Shown here piece by piece: positions 1 to 12,600 of a DNA stretch of 64,000 nucleotides. Location of the stretch: NCBI GenBank assembly GCA_048013815.1, contig CM106585.1:6758001-6822000 (forward strand), in the 5' to 3' direction. Under the pieces are notes generated by a model, which worked only from the letters and a program-made list of their open reading frames with translations, did no database searches and was not told the origin of the DNA. Source of the DNA: Setoptus koraiensis (Eukaryota; Animalia; Arthropoda). Position 1 is the stretch's first letter. Each line of letters opens with the position of its first letter. The translations under genes were made by a program, and so were the position numbers.

Positions 1-237
1 ATTTCAGGTGGAATTCAAGTAAATGCTGTGTAGGAGGCGTGATCATGGCAAAAACCGCAATTATGCGGGTTCCGCTGTCAAGAGTGAATGTCCGAATATC
101 TGCTTACCATGCTCTAGCATCACCAGTCCCTATGAGAACGTGTTTATCCCATGTGTTTACGATTCAAGACACGCTAGATATATTTAAACATTAAAATTCA
201 AGTGTGTTTATTTTAATAAAATAAATCTAGGATCATC

Positions 238-1847
238 ATGAAGGTTCACATGATAACCCGGGCCCCCGGGGATTTCATGCGAGAAACAAAACACGACATT
301 CACAAAGGTAGGCATTTCGACGGAATCTCAATATCAACTTTACCGGCTTCATGATAATAGCATAACAGATTTTTTTTTTCGATTTATTCCGTACAGTATT
401 TAAAAATTATGATCAAAAACTACATCAACATAGTCTGGAAAGGGAATTCAAAAGAGCTCTGAATGCAACAAAGTTGGAGAGAGTATTTGCTAAGCCTTTC
501 ATCGGAAATCTCAGCGGCCATGGAGATATTGTCAATAATCTACTCAAACATCAGACCAGGTTGTCAATTATGGCCAGTGGAGCGTACGATGGCTGTATCA
601 AGATCTGGGATCTGTCAACGCGAAAATGCATGCGAACAATTCAAGCTCACAATACCGCCATCCGTGCCATGTGTGTGTCAAGATTGAATGAGAATCACTT
701 TTTTAGCGTAGACACACAATCCAACATCAAACGATGGAGATACTTCAGTAGTGATCAGATTGTAGCTCCCAAGAGGAAGAAAAGGAAGACTATGAGCGCT
801 GTAGTGTCTATCAATAAGCCATCTAACAGCCAAGATGATGACCAGGACGATGACCAAGACGATGACCAAGACGATGATACAATTATAGATTCGGATGAAG
901 ATGATGATGATATAGAAGAAGCCTACGATCAATCTATGGAGGATTCTGACATTCCCCTCGACACTATCTTGGCAAGAAGCATCATCTTAAGTATGGATCA
1001 TCATTATGACAGAGCTCTCATGGTGACTGCTGGGGATAAAGTAGATCTGTGGGAAGAGAATAGGAATGAACCTCTGCGCAGTTGGAAGTGGGGAGCAGAT
1101 TCTACACAGTACGTGAAATTTAACCCAATCGAAGTCGACATGTTTGCGACAACTTCTAGTGACAGAGCCATAACTTTATTCGACGTAAGGCAAGCCAATC
1201 CCTTGAGGAAAGTGGTCCTCGAACTAAAATCAAATCAGCTTTGTTGGAATCCAATGGAAGCATTCATGTTTACAGTGGCAAATGAAGATCATGACCTATA
1301 CACATTTGACATGAGAAAATTAACCAAACCGGTCTTGATACACAAAGATCACGTGGACGCAGTTATCGCATTAGACTACTCGCCTACTGGGTTGGAAATT
1401 GTTAGTGGAAGCTATGATAAGAGCATAAGGATATTTCCCTCTAAAGGTGGCCGTAGTAGAGATGTGTATTATACTAAACGAATGCAGCGCTTAACCGATG
1501 TTATATGGTCGAACGATGCCAAGTACTTGGTGTCTGCCTCTGATGAGATGGATTTGCGTATGTGGCGCGCCAACGCAAGCGAAGTGCCCGGCCCCAAAAT
1601 GTTGCGACAGCAATTGGCCGAACAGCAAGACGCGAAATTGAAGCAAAAGTTCAAAAATTATCCAGATATTAGGCGCATCGCACGTCACCGTCATGTGCCC
1701 AAGCACATCTACCACTCTCGTAAAGAGAAACGTGAAATGATAAACTCAAGAAGGAGAAAGGAAGCCAACAGGATAGCCCATAGTAGGCCAGGCACTATAG
1801 AGGTCAGACCTGAGAAAGAGCGCCATATTGTGAGAGAGGAGGAGTAA
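238..1847 (+). CDS. DCAF13: DDB1- and CUL4-associated factor 13 / Sof1 (WD40 U3 snoRNP/SSU processome protein); join(238..307,397..1847)
   Basis: Exon 1 encodes MKVHMITRAPGDFMRETKHDIHK, like the DCAF13 N-terminus MKVK..SR.P..Y.RET. An 89-nt GT-AG intron (308..396, phase 1, T-tract before CAG) joins in frame to VFKNYDQKLH...RALNATKLERVFAKPF. WD40 repeats and the C-terminal Sof1 domain (IRRIARHRHVPKHIY, RRKEANRIAHS) follow. Confidence 0.96.
831..878 (+). repeat. Coding 12-bp tandem repeat (CARGAYGATGAY x4) encoding (QDDD)4 in DCAF13
   Basis: caagatgatgac caggacgatgac caagacgatgac caagacgatgat, read directly. Confidence 0.9.
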
Positions 1848-2015
1848 TATGTTGAAACGCTTGACCATTTGATTGCAATGGAATTTATTATCTAAAGTTT
1901 CGTTCCTGTGTACATGTTTGTAATATTGGTGTAAATCTATTAAATTTAATAGTAGGATAAATGTGCAGTGAATGTGTTTTTTTTCTATGTAAACTAATCA
2001 GATGAAAAAGTATCG

Positions 2016-2603
2016 TCATGGTAGATGAAGTTGATGGTAACCGGTCATATGCTGTAGCTTGTGTTGGAATTGTTGCAACTGTTGTTGAGCAGGTTGAGCA
2101 CACGTTAAGTTAATCTGTTGATTAGATTGTAGATCAGTGCGATGATTGTTGCTGTTGCCGGTGTTGTTGTTGTTGTTGTGATGATTTGAATTTTGTTGAT
2201 GATAATGATTCTCATTAATAGTTTCACGTGGCTGTTGATGCTGCTGCTTGTACATGGCCAGTATCGATTCTGTAGGCGATATTGAATTGTCTCGCTTTGC
2301 GGAAAATATAACCCGCATGAAGTCTAATTCTCTACTAAGTGTATCAACTTTTCTCTCCAATTGACCATTTTCACTTTTTAACTGATCAACACGTTCTTGC
2401 GTTTCAATAGTTTTTTGTTTCGATTTAAATCTGCTTTTTTTAACCGCCGCATTGTTCCTCTCTCTCCTTTGCCTGTACTCTGGGCTGTTTTTTGATAGCA
2501 TAACACGATTAACACGCGCATATTTTGACGAATTGTCTGACGAAATGTCGGAATCGTCGTTGAGCATGTTGATTTTCAAGCGGGCGTAGTCCTCGTCGTC
2601 CAT
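2016..2603 (-). CDS. CEBPG: C/EBP-gamma-like bZIP transcription factor (Irbp18/CEBPG type), intronless, 195 aa
   Basis: Basic region EYRQRRERNNAAVKKSRFKSKQK followed by a leucine heptad (VDQLKSENGQLERKVDTLSRELDFM). The short N-terminus without a transactivation domain fits the gamma class. N/Q-rich C-terminal tail. Confidence 0.88.
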   Translation of the reverse strand: MDDEDYARLKINMLNDDSDISSDNSSKYARVNRVMLSKNSPEYRQRRERNNAAVKKSRFKSKQKTIETQERVDQLKSENGQLERKVDTLSRELDFMRVIFSAKRDNSISPTESILAMYKQQHQQPRETINENHYHQQNSNHHNNNNNTGNSNNHRTDLQSNQQINLTCAQPAQQQLQQFQHKLQHMTGYHQLHLP

Positions 2604-4547
2604 CAGTCTCTATTGTATTTGTTGATGATGCAAATATTTTAAATACTTGTAATAATAATAAATAGATAGATAGATAGATAGTGCCAGATATGTATCACTA
2701 GATACAGCAAACAAATTAGGTAATGTATGTGAAAGTGTTAACGCAATGCTTGCTCTTTATATAGTGATCAACAAGCATGATGGAACTTTCTGCCTGATGA
2801 AGACATGCGTACTGCTACCGATGAGTCATGTTCTGTGCACAGACACTATTGGCTTGGCAAGATTATCTTGCTCACGAATGCCTGTTACAGCAGTGCTGAA
2901 TCGGCGCACAATTGCACACAACTTGTGAACGCGCGCGCGTCAGAGCGAGCACGCACAGAGACAATTCGTGGAATTGGCGAGTATGTGTGTGTGAGTGTGT
3001 GTGTGTGTGCGAGAGACAGAGATTGGCCTGGCCACCGCACACACACACATTTCCAGCGAACTTTGCATTACTCATCAATGTGTGCACTGGCGCCAATTTC
3101 AAACAGCCAAAGTGTCCACTTTGCAAGCGCCCTCTCTTGTGCGGACGCGCAGAAGAGAGGGCGCCACCGGGCCAGTCGCAAAGTCGCTAGGCGCCTCGCG
3201 CCTCGGCCAGCATATATCCACCAGCGTTATAGTGGTAGTGACCCCGCTAGCTATTTAATCTGTTGGTCTTGACGTTGCTGTTGTCGTTGTTGCTGGTGCT
3301 GCGTTATTGTTGCGAGTGTGCGCTGTAGTTGAAAATTGTTGATTAGCGATAGTGGCCCGAAAACTGAGTGCCTATGTGTGCGCCTGAAAGTTGCGAAAAG
3401 CGAAGGCATCAATCCCGAAATATCAAGCGAGCAAGACGCACAGGCAGAATTGTAAGTAATATCTATATATACACACAGAGGGACGGAGAGCGCGAGAGAG
3501 AGAGAGTGAAACAGCCAGCTAGCGAGCACTCCGAGGTACAGAAAACAGAGGGAGCGAGGGAGAGGAAACTGAATCGAATCATTTTGTTATTCTCGTCACC
3601 ATCATCATCAGCGAGCGCGAGTGAATTGTGACTTACATAACAACATTTCCAGAGAGGGACAGCGAGAGAGAGCGAATTCTCACTGCTCTCACTCAATCTT
3701 CTAATAGAGTGATAGAGTATGGGTGTAAACGATAACTGACTGCTACTGCTGCCGCCGCCGACGCCGCCGTTGTTGTTGTTACGACATATCGCAAACATCG
3801 CCGAGTCAAAAGTAGACTAGTTAACCCTCGTGCTAAATGTTAAATTCAGTCCGTCTGTCGTGCTGGGCGCCGTTGTGGCAGTTGTCGGTTGTTGTCAGAC
3901 TCCTCAAGCTCACAAACACACACCAACACATGTAGTCTACGCACTTTTGAGCTTCTTCCACACATATTTTGATTAAAATTGAATTTAGAATTAGAATTAA
4001 ATTGTTTTCGACGACAAGCCAACGAATCCAAACTAAGATTCTTTCGCTCCTCACTAGTACGCATCGCACAAACACACGACAACAGCCTTCGACAACAATT
4101 GCTGTCGCCTCACAATACATCCGCTCGCCTAGCCGCACCGACCACCAACAATTGCCGAGACTCGCACCGCCAACAATCGGCACTTGCCTAACACAAGCAA
4201 TCATCGGGCCGAAGTGACATCAGCAGACAGCAGACAGCAGCCAGCATCGGCATACATCAGCAGACAGCGCCGAACAGCAGAAGACAGTGCCGATCGAGTC
4301 CGGCGGGCCATCGAAAAGAATCACCGGCCGAGAATTGCCAACCGAGAATCGCTAGTCGAGAATCGTCAGCCAAGAGTCGCCAGTCGCAACGCGACAAAAA
4401 GAAGCTTATTCACGCAGCTCGGCCGTCGTGGGTGAAATTAGTTTAATTATCGGCCGTGATCAGTGCAGCAAAAGTGTGCCCATCGGCCGTTCTCGCATAG
4501 TTCAACATCAAGTGCCCGCCAGTAGCCCGACATAAGCCACGACAAGC
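2604..4547. promoter_or_regulatory. Divergent CEBPG/Shal promoter and 5' UTR region with (GT)n, (CA)n and (GA)n tracts; possible Shal 5'-UTR intron donor GTAAGT at 3452
   Basis: Lies between head-to-head start codons. (GT)n at ~2985-3008, GAGA tracts at ~3490-3505 and ~3660-3670, consensus donor at 3452. TSSs cannot be located from sequence. Confidence 0.55.
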
Positions 4548-6040
4548 ATGGCCTCCGTGGCGGCCTGGTTACCGTTTGCGCGTGCCGCCGCCATTGGTTG
4601 GGTGCCCATAGCCAGCAATCCGTTGCCTGGGCCGCCCATAAACAATGATCATGTGAGACGCGAGGATGAAAAATTCACCATCAATGTGTCGGGCAGAAAA
4701 TTTGAAACGTGGCGCAACACTGTGGAAAAGTATCCCGACACATTGTTGGGCTCGTCAGAGAGAGATTTCTTTTTTGATGAGCAAACAAAAGAGTATTTCT
4801 TTGATCGAGATCCCGACATATTCCGGCACATACTAAATTATTATCGCACCGGCAAGCTACATTATCCAAAGCACGAATGTTTGATGGCCTACGATGAAGA
4901 GTTGGCCTTCTTTGGCATTATACCCGACGTCATAGGCGATTGTTGCTACGAAGATTACAGAGACAGAAAAAGAGAGAATGCCGAACGAATGTTAGACGAT
5001 CGTATTAGTGAAAATAATGGCGAAAAAGAATTAGAGCAACGTTCCATGCGAGAACAAATGTGGCGCGCCTTCGAAAATCCGCACACCTCAACAGCGGCAC
5101 TAGTGTTCTATTATGTAACAGGTTTCTTTATAGCTGTTAGTGTTGTGGCCAATGTAGTTGAGACAGTGCCGTGCACCATTATATCGCGAATACATCAAAA
5201 TTTAAAATATTACAAACAACAGGCGTCGTTGGCCGCCGCGGCAAACGCGGCCGCCCTCATCGAGCAACAGCATCAATTACAGCAACAACAACAACACAAT
5301 TTGTTGTATTTGCAACAACAACAACAACACCAGCAACATCATCCAGATTCCTATCCGCCGTCAGCAGCAGCTTCCAGCAATCAACAGCAACAGCAGCAGC
5401 AACAGTATACAAATGCCAGCCAACAGCAACAACAACAGCAACAACAAACGCCAACAGTTAGCCCAAGCGTTGTAGCCAATCAACAAGCTGCTTCCACTAG
5501 CTCGCCACCTTCCACTTTCTCCACTTATTACAGTGATCACTATAACAGTTACAATTACTATTATCAAGAGGCAGAAAATTTAAGTTGTGGCGACACATTC
5601 AAGGTGGCATTCTTTTGTTTAGATACAGCCTGTGTTATGATATTCACCGCGGAATATCTACTTCGTTTATATGCCGCTCCGTCGCGTTGTAAATTTATGC
5701 ATTCAGTAATGTCATTAATAGATGTTGTAGCCATTATGCCATATTATATAGGCTTAGGCATTAAAGACAACGACGATGTTTCGGGCGCATTTGTTACATT
5801 GAGAGTATTTAGAGTATTTAGGATATTTAAATTTTCGCGCCACTCGCAAGGTCTCAGAATATTGGGCTACACATTGAAGTCTTGCGCAAGCGAATTGGGT
5901 TTTCTGGTATTCTCGCTGGCCATGGCCATTATAATATTTGCCACCGTAATGTATTACGCCGAGAAAAATGTCGACGGCACCACCTTTACATCGATACCTG
6001 CCGCCTTTTGGTACACCATAGTGACTATGACCACCCTCGG
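4548..6040 (+). CDS. Shal: Shal/Kv4 voltage-gated K+ channel, coding exon 1 (KChIP-binding N-terminus, T1, S1-S5, P-loop up to TLG)
   Basis: [22 protein letters not shown] is the Kv4-specific N-terminus. T1 domain with the zinc ligands HYPKHEC...IGDCCYEDY; S4 [14 protein letters not shown]; ends [10 protein letters not shown]|GTAAGT (phase 2 donor at 6041). Confidence 0.98.
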
Positions 6041-6838
6041 GTAAGTACCCATCATCATCACACTGCTTTTGCCCACTCTAGCGGCGCCGGTTTGCCCGGT
6101 TTGCGGGCGCTTTCGCCCGGCCGGCCGGCCGGCGCCGCTCCTCAAAATGAGATGCGCCTCTACCCAAACTGGGGGGGCGCTTCCGCCCAAAGTAGCGAGT
6201 TGCAACTGTTTTGCACAAACTGCCAGCGCTGGTTGTGCGGCCAGTCGAGGGACCTAGCGCGTTCGCGACTGCACCGCCGCCGCCGCCGCCGCCGTGTATC
6301 GTTGGCGCGCTAGTTGGCGCAATCATTAATTGTAATTCAATGGGCTTCGTTTGATTGAATTGAATTGCTTCTAATTGAATGGATACGGAACGGAGCGACG
6401 CGACGATGTTACGCAACATCCATTCAGGGCAGCCGAAACTGCCGCAACTGCAACAACGGCGACAACGGCGACAACTGCAACGGCGGCAACAACGGCAACA
6501 ACGGCAACAACTGCGACAACAGAGGCAATATAAGCGACTCAATTCTAATTGGCTACTCGCCACCAGGCTGGCATGTCAGCAGTAGCCGACCATTAGCAAC
6601 TATTAACTATGTGAGTGGATGATTTCGTTATATATCAAGCATGACTATTAGCGCATACTGGCGCGCCGACGACCGCTCGCCACGATAAAGGCGCCCTAAA
6701 GATGAAATGACTCTTTTTATGGCTTCACACATATGCCTCTCGCGGGTCGGGCCTGCCAACAACAACAACCGGCCACCCGGCGGCCCGTCCGCGCCCGTCG
6801 GCCGCTCGTGCCCGTCGGCCGCTCGTGTACCCGCGCGC

Positions 6839-6904
6839 CCATTCGCGCGTCCATTCGGCGTCCATTCGGCGTCCATTCGGCTTTCATTCGGCGTTCATTC
6901 GGCG
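6839..6904. repeat. Minisatellite, 11-bp unit CATTCGGCGTC x ~6
   Basis: Direct reading. Confidence 0.85.
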
Positions 6905-9570
6905 CCTGTCCGGCGGGCGCGTCTATCGGGCAGGGGCGTCGTCGTCCGTGCGCGCGCCGACGGGCGCCGGTTCGGGCGAGCTCGGCACAGGCAGTTTTGT
7001 CGGCCAACAAACTGAACAAACTGTTCAGTAATGACCCAAACGGGGCAATATCTGGCCCCATTGCCGGACACAATGATAGCCCGGCGGGGATGTTGTGTGC
7101 GTGTGGGGATTTTTTTCATTTGCGACGAGCGACTCAATAACCTGGCCAATGGCCCGGCCAGTCGGCCAGCCAATTGACTGGGCGCCCGCCATGTCTACCC
7201 AGCCATTAATCAATTATGCAAATCCGCGCTGCGCGTGTCTTATGGGTCGCTCGGGCGCGGGCCCGAGCGTGTGCGTGTAATTACACTTTGCTCGCCGCTG
7301 CCTATAAGCTGCGGCGCTATGCAGCCGCTTGTTTGCCGGCAAATGAGCCCTATTCAATTTCTTCAAATCAAATTTCCAGTGGCGCCACCGCTGGCACTTG
7401 TGCCTGGCGCTGCCCGACGCGACGGGCTGGCTCGCGCGGTGCCCGACCGGCCGGACCGGCGGCGCGCACTGCGGGCGCCCAGGCCGCAGCGGCCGACGCT
7501 TGGCCGAGCACGCGCCAGATCAAGTAGGTGATGATGGATTTGCGCGGCCCCATCGCCGGACCGCGCAACGGAGCAACGGAGCGACGGGGCGACGGGCAAT
7601 GGGGCGGCGGATCGCAGATAAGAATCTTGGTGGCTGGCGAGCTGACTCTCGGGCGTCCAATTTGAGATGATGAGCCCAATGTTTGTGCGTTTGTTTGTTT
7701 GCTGCTGCCGCTGCCAGCGCCCGTTCGCGGCTGCTGCCGGCGCCCGTTCGCGGCCGCTACTGGCGCCCTCCGAAGCCAACGACACAATGATGGCAATGCT
7801 ATCTGGTCTTGATAGAGAAGCTGACTGGCTGGCAGCAGTTTATTGTGTGTTTTATTATTATTCAGGCCATTGCCAGCGGTGAAGTGTGAGCCCGCTGCGA
7901 GGGCGCGAGCGAAAGAAAAAACACGCCAAACAAAATCATCGCTACAAAAACATCAACACAGCGCCAACAACAACAACAACATCAACCGCAAGCCAGATAT
8001 AGCGCGCCAGATACAGCCCGACTAGCCCGGCGGTCTAGCCAGCGAACCGAGCTCGGCAGTCTGGCGTTCTGGCGCTCTGGCGCTCTGGCGTGCGCGCGAT
8101 CTGGCGTTTTGGCCATCTCGCGGGCTGGCGCGAGCAGATCTTATCGTCGGGCTTTCATCATCGTCATGCGAGCAGCGCCAGTGCGGCTGCGACGGCCGTC
8201 CGGCCGATGTCGCCACCATTACGACTGGCGCCCGGCCGACTGGCGCTCGGGCTGGCCCGCTTGTGCGCGCCACACAAAAAGACACAAAAAGTGACACAAC
8301 CGACGACAACAATGACTCGCCGATAGCGGCTGGCCCGAGCGCCGCTGCCCGACCGGTGGCGCGGCCCACTTCGGGCCGCCGGGCCACCACACATCCCTAT
8401 AGGCATCGGGCGCGCGTGGGCCTTGCATCGGCTGCGCGCAAAGGCGCCCAGGATGCACGCACCGTTGCTCTGATTAGAGACTGTCGGGCCGCTCCAATAT
8501 CGCGCCCATAATTGCGTTATCAATTCTGCCATTCTCGCCACTGTGGCACCGCTGGCCGGCCCGCCATCGCGCCGGCTCAGCCGCTCTTTGGCTCGTCGCC
8601 GCTGCGGAGGCGGGCGCCGCGCCAAGACTCCGGCCGGGTCCGGCCAGTGCAGCAGGTTCGCGCCGCGCGAATTGCCGTTATCGATTGGCGCGCGAACGCC
8701 GCCATGGCACCGTTCCAACTGATGTGCCCCCGCGAGCCAGCCAACCCGACAAACAAACAAATTTATTCGGCACGGATAGATGTATGGCGATCGGGGCGAC
8801 ATCGTTACGACTGGCGGCGCTGCGTCTTGGCGCTCTCAGCCGATAGCGAGAGCCAGTCAAATAAATGGCACGGTGCAAGACGAATAATAACGATCTTGCC
8901 ATGAGCCGGCACCGAATGGGGGGCCCCATTGATGTAGTGGATATGGCTGACACGGCTTGCGGCAGCCTGGTGAGAGGCTCGCGGGAGCCCTGCGACTCAC
9001 AACTTGCGATTCGCAAGTTGCGAGAGCCTCCCAAACCAAAATGCAAATTGCGCATTGGGGATCCTCTCACAACCGAAGCCAATGCGACAACGACCGTTGA
9101 GAGATACACACACACCAGCCTTTATATGGGCACTATATCGCTCGGCAAACACGCCAGCCTCGCGCGCGCCAGCCAGCGCGGGGCCCCGCCATTATCCATT
9201 ACTGGCAATCAAGGGAACAGCCTAAAAAACTGGCCAGCCAGCCAGCCAGCCAGCCAGCGGGCTCGCCAGCTCGTGAGGCCGGCGTATATAAATACCCATA
9301 TATGTATATAGTTGATGCAGCCGGCGTGTGGGGGCCACCAGAATCTAGCGGCTAGATGGATGGCGGGGCGGGCGCAGTATGTTCATATCAAATGGAATTT
9401 CGCAAAGCGGCGACACTCAGTGTCGCCGCCATGCCTCATATCCATCATGACGTGCCCGGTCCATCCGGTCGCAGAGTTGTTTGCCCGGCCGACGGCCCAG
9501 TGGGGCCCCCAGCGCGCCACTTGGACTGGCCAACTGGCCGTTCACGGTACATTTCCATTTGGCCGTTGTG

Positions 9571-9649
9571 CGCCACTCCGCGCCACTCCGCGCCATTCCG
9601 CGCCATTCCGCGCCATTCCGCGCCATTCTGCGCCATTCCGCGCCATTCT
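9571..9649. repeat. Minisatellite, 10-bp unit CGCCATTCCG x 8
   Basis: Direct reading. Confidence 0.92.
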
Positions 9650-12600
9650 ATCGCGCGCTTCGGCCGCGGCCATCTATCCGGCCGCGTCTATCGGGCCGCT
9701 TCTATCTGGCCGCGTCTGTCTGGCCGGCTGGCCCCGGGCCAGCCGAGCATATCCGCTCTGGTCTGGGGGCGCGGACAGCGACGGACGGGCTGTCCGCGCT
9801 ATTCACTGTGCGGCGCGTTATTCACTACTCTGGTCACTTTGTGTCCAGTCGGCTGGCCGGCCGGGCCTTCTCTCCGGCCTGCGGTGCCCGCCCGCCAGCC
9901 CACCGGTCGGCCGGCCGCCGGCCGGTTCACCTGGTCGCGCCCGCTGACCGATCGATGTGACGCGTGCATCTGCGCCCCGCTGCCTCCTCTCCCGCGCCCC
10001 CCTGCGCTGGCTGGCCTCTGATCCCGCGCGCGCCACTGCGGCGGCCCGCGTAGCGGCGCACTGCGGCAACTCGCTCGTCCGCTCGACATACTCGAGCGTC
10101 ACTTCCGAGAATCAATCTCAATTCGAGATAACGCCCGGCGCTCGCCTGGCGATATAATGACAGATTGGCGGCACGAGATTGCTGCCGGCTCGTGGGGCCG
10201 CCGCCGCCGCCTGTGATATTTGCCCGCTGCTCGTGGGCTCCGGCTCGCCGGCAGATAATTCAAATTTAATTCTCTTCGCTGCCTATTCTCGGCCACTCAT
10301 TTTTGTGCGAGTGCGTGCCAGCGTGTGTCAGTCAGTTTACAACTCTCCTCACTTGATGTTTTGCTCTGTCAGACACTCTATTTATCTAGCCAAAGACGAG
10401 CTGGCTGGCTGCGACATGTTCGTCGCGCGCCCCCATTGAGACGGCTTCGAGTAGCGCGCAAAAATTATTTATTATGTCATGCCAAACAACTTATCCGTGC
10501 GAGCTGGCTGGCCGGCTAACGCAGCACATTTATACGCGCCAGCGCGGTGCGGTGTGATCATCATATTATATAATCTAATAATGTCGAGTAGGCGAGCGCA
10601 TAGGGGCCCACATGAATGACAGCAGTGCAAACAAAGAGCGGCGACCAGGGAAATAATGATCATTTTGAAATAAGTTGTGCGCGTCGCGCCGAGCCGAGCC
10701 GCATTATACGCCGCTATATTTAAATATACAATATACGCCGTATTATGTACCGGTATATTTAAATGCGCCGCCTATAGGCGCCTCATACATACATACATAC
10801 ATATCGGGTGTGTGCGGTCGTGTGCATCACGGGCCGTCGGAAGACGCCGCCCGCTCCCGTAAACCCGTGCACCGCATCGTCATTCGAACGAGCGATGAAG
10901 CGTTCGAAGCGGCGCGATCCCCTCTTGTCGCCCGGGCCGATTGTGTAACGGCGGTCGGGCCAAGTTAAAAATTGGCACCAATTGTCGGGCCCGCCTAGTG
11001 GCGACGCGGCGCCTCTTCCCTCGTCGAGTTAATCGGTGACTGGGAGGCGCGATCGCTGTCGGGCCGCGACAATTGTCAAATCAAAAGCTGCGCGACTCGA
11101 GAGCGGCTCGCCTGAATAGTTAAACAAACTGTCTGGCTGTCTAATTTCGCTCCCTCGTCGCCCTGTCAGCGGATGGCGAAAAGTGCGCCAGAATCGCCGC
11201 GTTCGCCGTCGCTCTCGACGGCAAGAGCGGTTGCGCAACTGCGCACCGACCAGATTAGACAATGTCTTGTCTAATTTTATTTTGCGTAATTTGTCCGCTC
11301 GCGGTTCGCCGGCTCCGCCGAGCGGCCCCCGAACCGGTCCCGAGCGGCTTTCCCGAGCGGCCGCCCAAACGGCTCGCCAACTGGCTCACCGAACGCCGCC
11401 AGCCAGCCAGCCGGCCACCGTTCGGCTGGCGCGCCAATCAATTGCTTGGCCCGGTTTGAATCACTTCCGGCGGCGCCGGCACTGCGCGTCACGTAGGCAA
11501 TTCCACGCACCATTGGCCCGCGCGCGCGCGCCTTCGTGTCGCCCCTTCGGCCCATTTGTCTGTCAGTTTCGAGTCTATCAGTCATTTAAGTCTGTGCCGC
11601 AGCGCCCATTGTGACATTGTCTCTGCGTCGACTGACAGGTCGACTTTGTCGCGCGGGCCCCGCGCGGCCCCACGCGGCCCCTGACGGCAGTTATCGGCGG
11701 CGCGACGCACAACTGGCATGCCTTAGATGATTATTCTTCGTGCTGGCGCGCGCGCGCGTTCTTTTTTTCGCCCGTTATCTCTGGGTGCCGCTCGCTGGGT
11801 GCCGTTGGCTGGGCGGGCCGATGTTATGCCGCTCGCTGGATGGTTCGCATGATTTTAATGAAGCGGCGTACCCGCGTGTCGCCACTGGCTATGCCACCGG
11901 TCCGCTCGCTTCACTGATTCAAACCCGCTGCCTGGCGCCATCGCGGGCCTCATTGTCGCTGCGAGCTGCGTCTTGGCGAGCGCTCTGTGGGGAGCCCCGC
12001 GAGCCGCCAGTAGTATAAACAATTGGGGCGCTCGGGCACGCACTCGCCAATCTAATCTCAATCTGTTGTCAATTAAAAGTTGATTGTGCTGGCGCGTTCG
12101 CACGCGCCGCGCGCGATAAGCTGCTCTTGACTTTGTCTAGGTGCCCCGACGAGTCCGGATCGGTGGGTCGCGATGCGAAGAATTCACTGGAAAGAATTCA
12201 TTGGAAAGAAAGAATTCCGACGAATTCCTGTTCGCCGGGCGCGCCATTGCATTCTTTTTTTCTCGGACGGGCCCCGATCAGCTGATCAGCGGCACACGGC
12301 GACGTGCCCCAACAAAATATGTTGTCGCCGCCGCCATATAGGGCGGCCCCGGTATACATAGCGGAGAGCATGTTTATAACAAGCGCTGGCAAATTGTGTC
12401 CGTGACTCCGGTGTCACAAAGACAATTGTGCCCAACAATCATACCCATCAGCGATACCTGGGTACCGCTCTAACGAACGACCCGTCGGTGGTGCCGGTGT
12501 TGTTGTTGTGGTTGGCGCTGTTGTTGTTGTCGCGGTTGGCGCTGTTGTTGTCGGCGCTGTTGCCGGCGACGGCCATCGAGATTAACAACAAGCGCTGACG

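Noticed and set aside
1-237. Possible 3' end of an upstream gene (open frames to ~190, AATAAA at ~215)
   Set aside because: The frames are short, I recognise no motif, and the strand is ambiguous, so it cannot be supported from this window.
5171-5584. Treating the Shal polyQ insertion as an unspliced intron
   Set aside because: The donor GTGCAC and acceptor TTTAAG are poor, there is no branch/AG-free signature like the real Shal introns, excision would delete one of the two conserved loop cysteines, and the segment is stop-free. Kept only as a testable alternative.
12175-12215. CACTGGAAAGAATTCA resembling miR-263/miR-183-family
   Set aside because: The seed (ATGGCAC) is absent and the sequence is a local tandem duplication with no hairpin.
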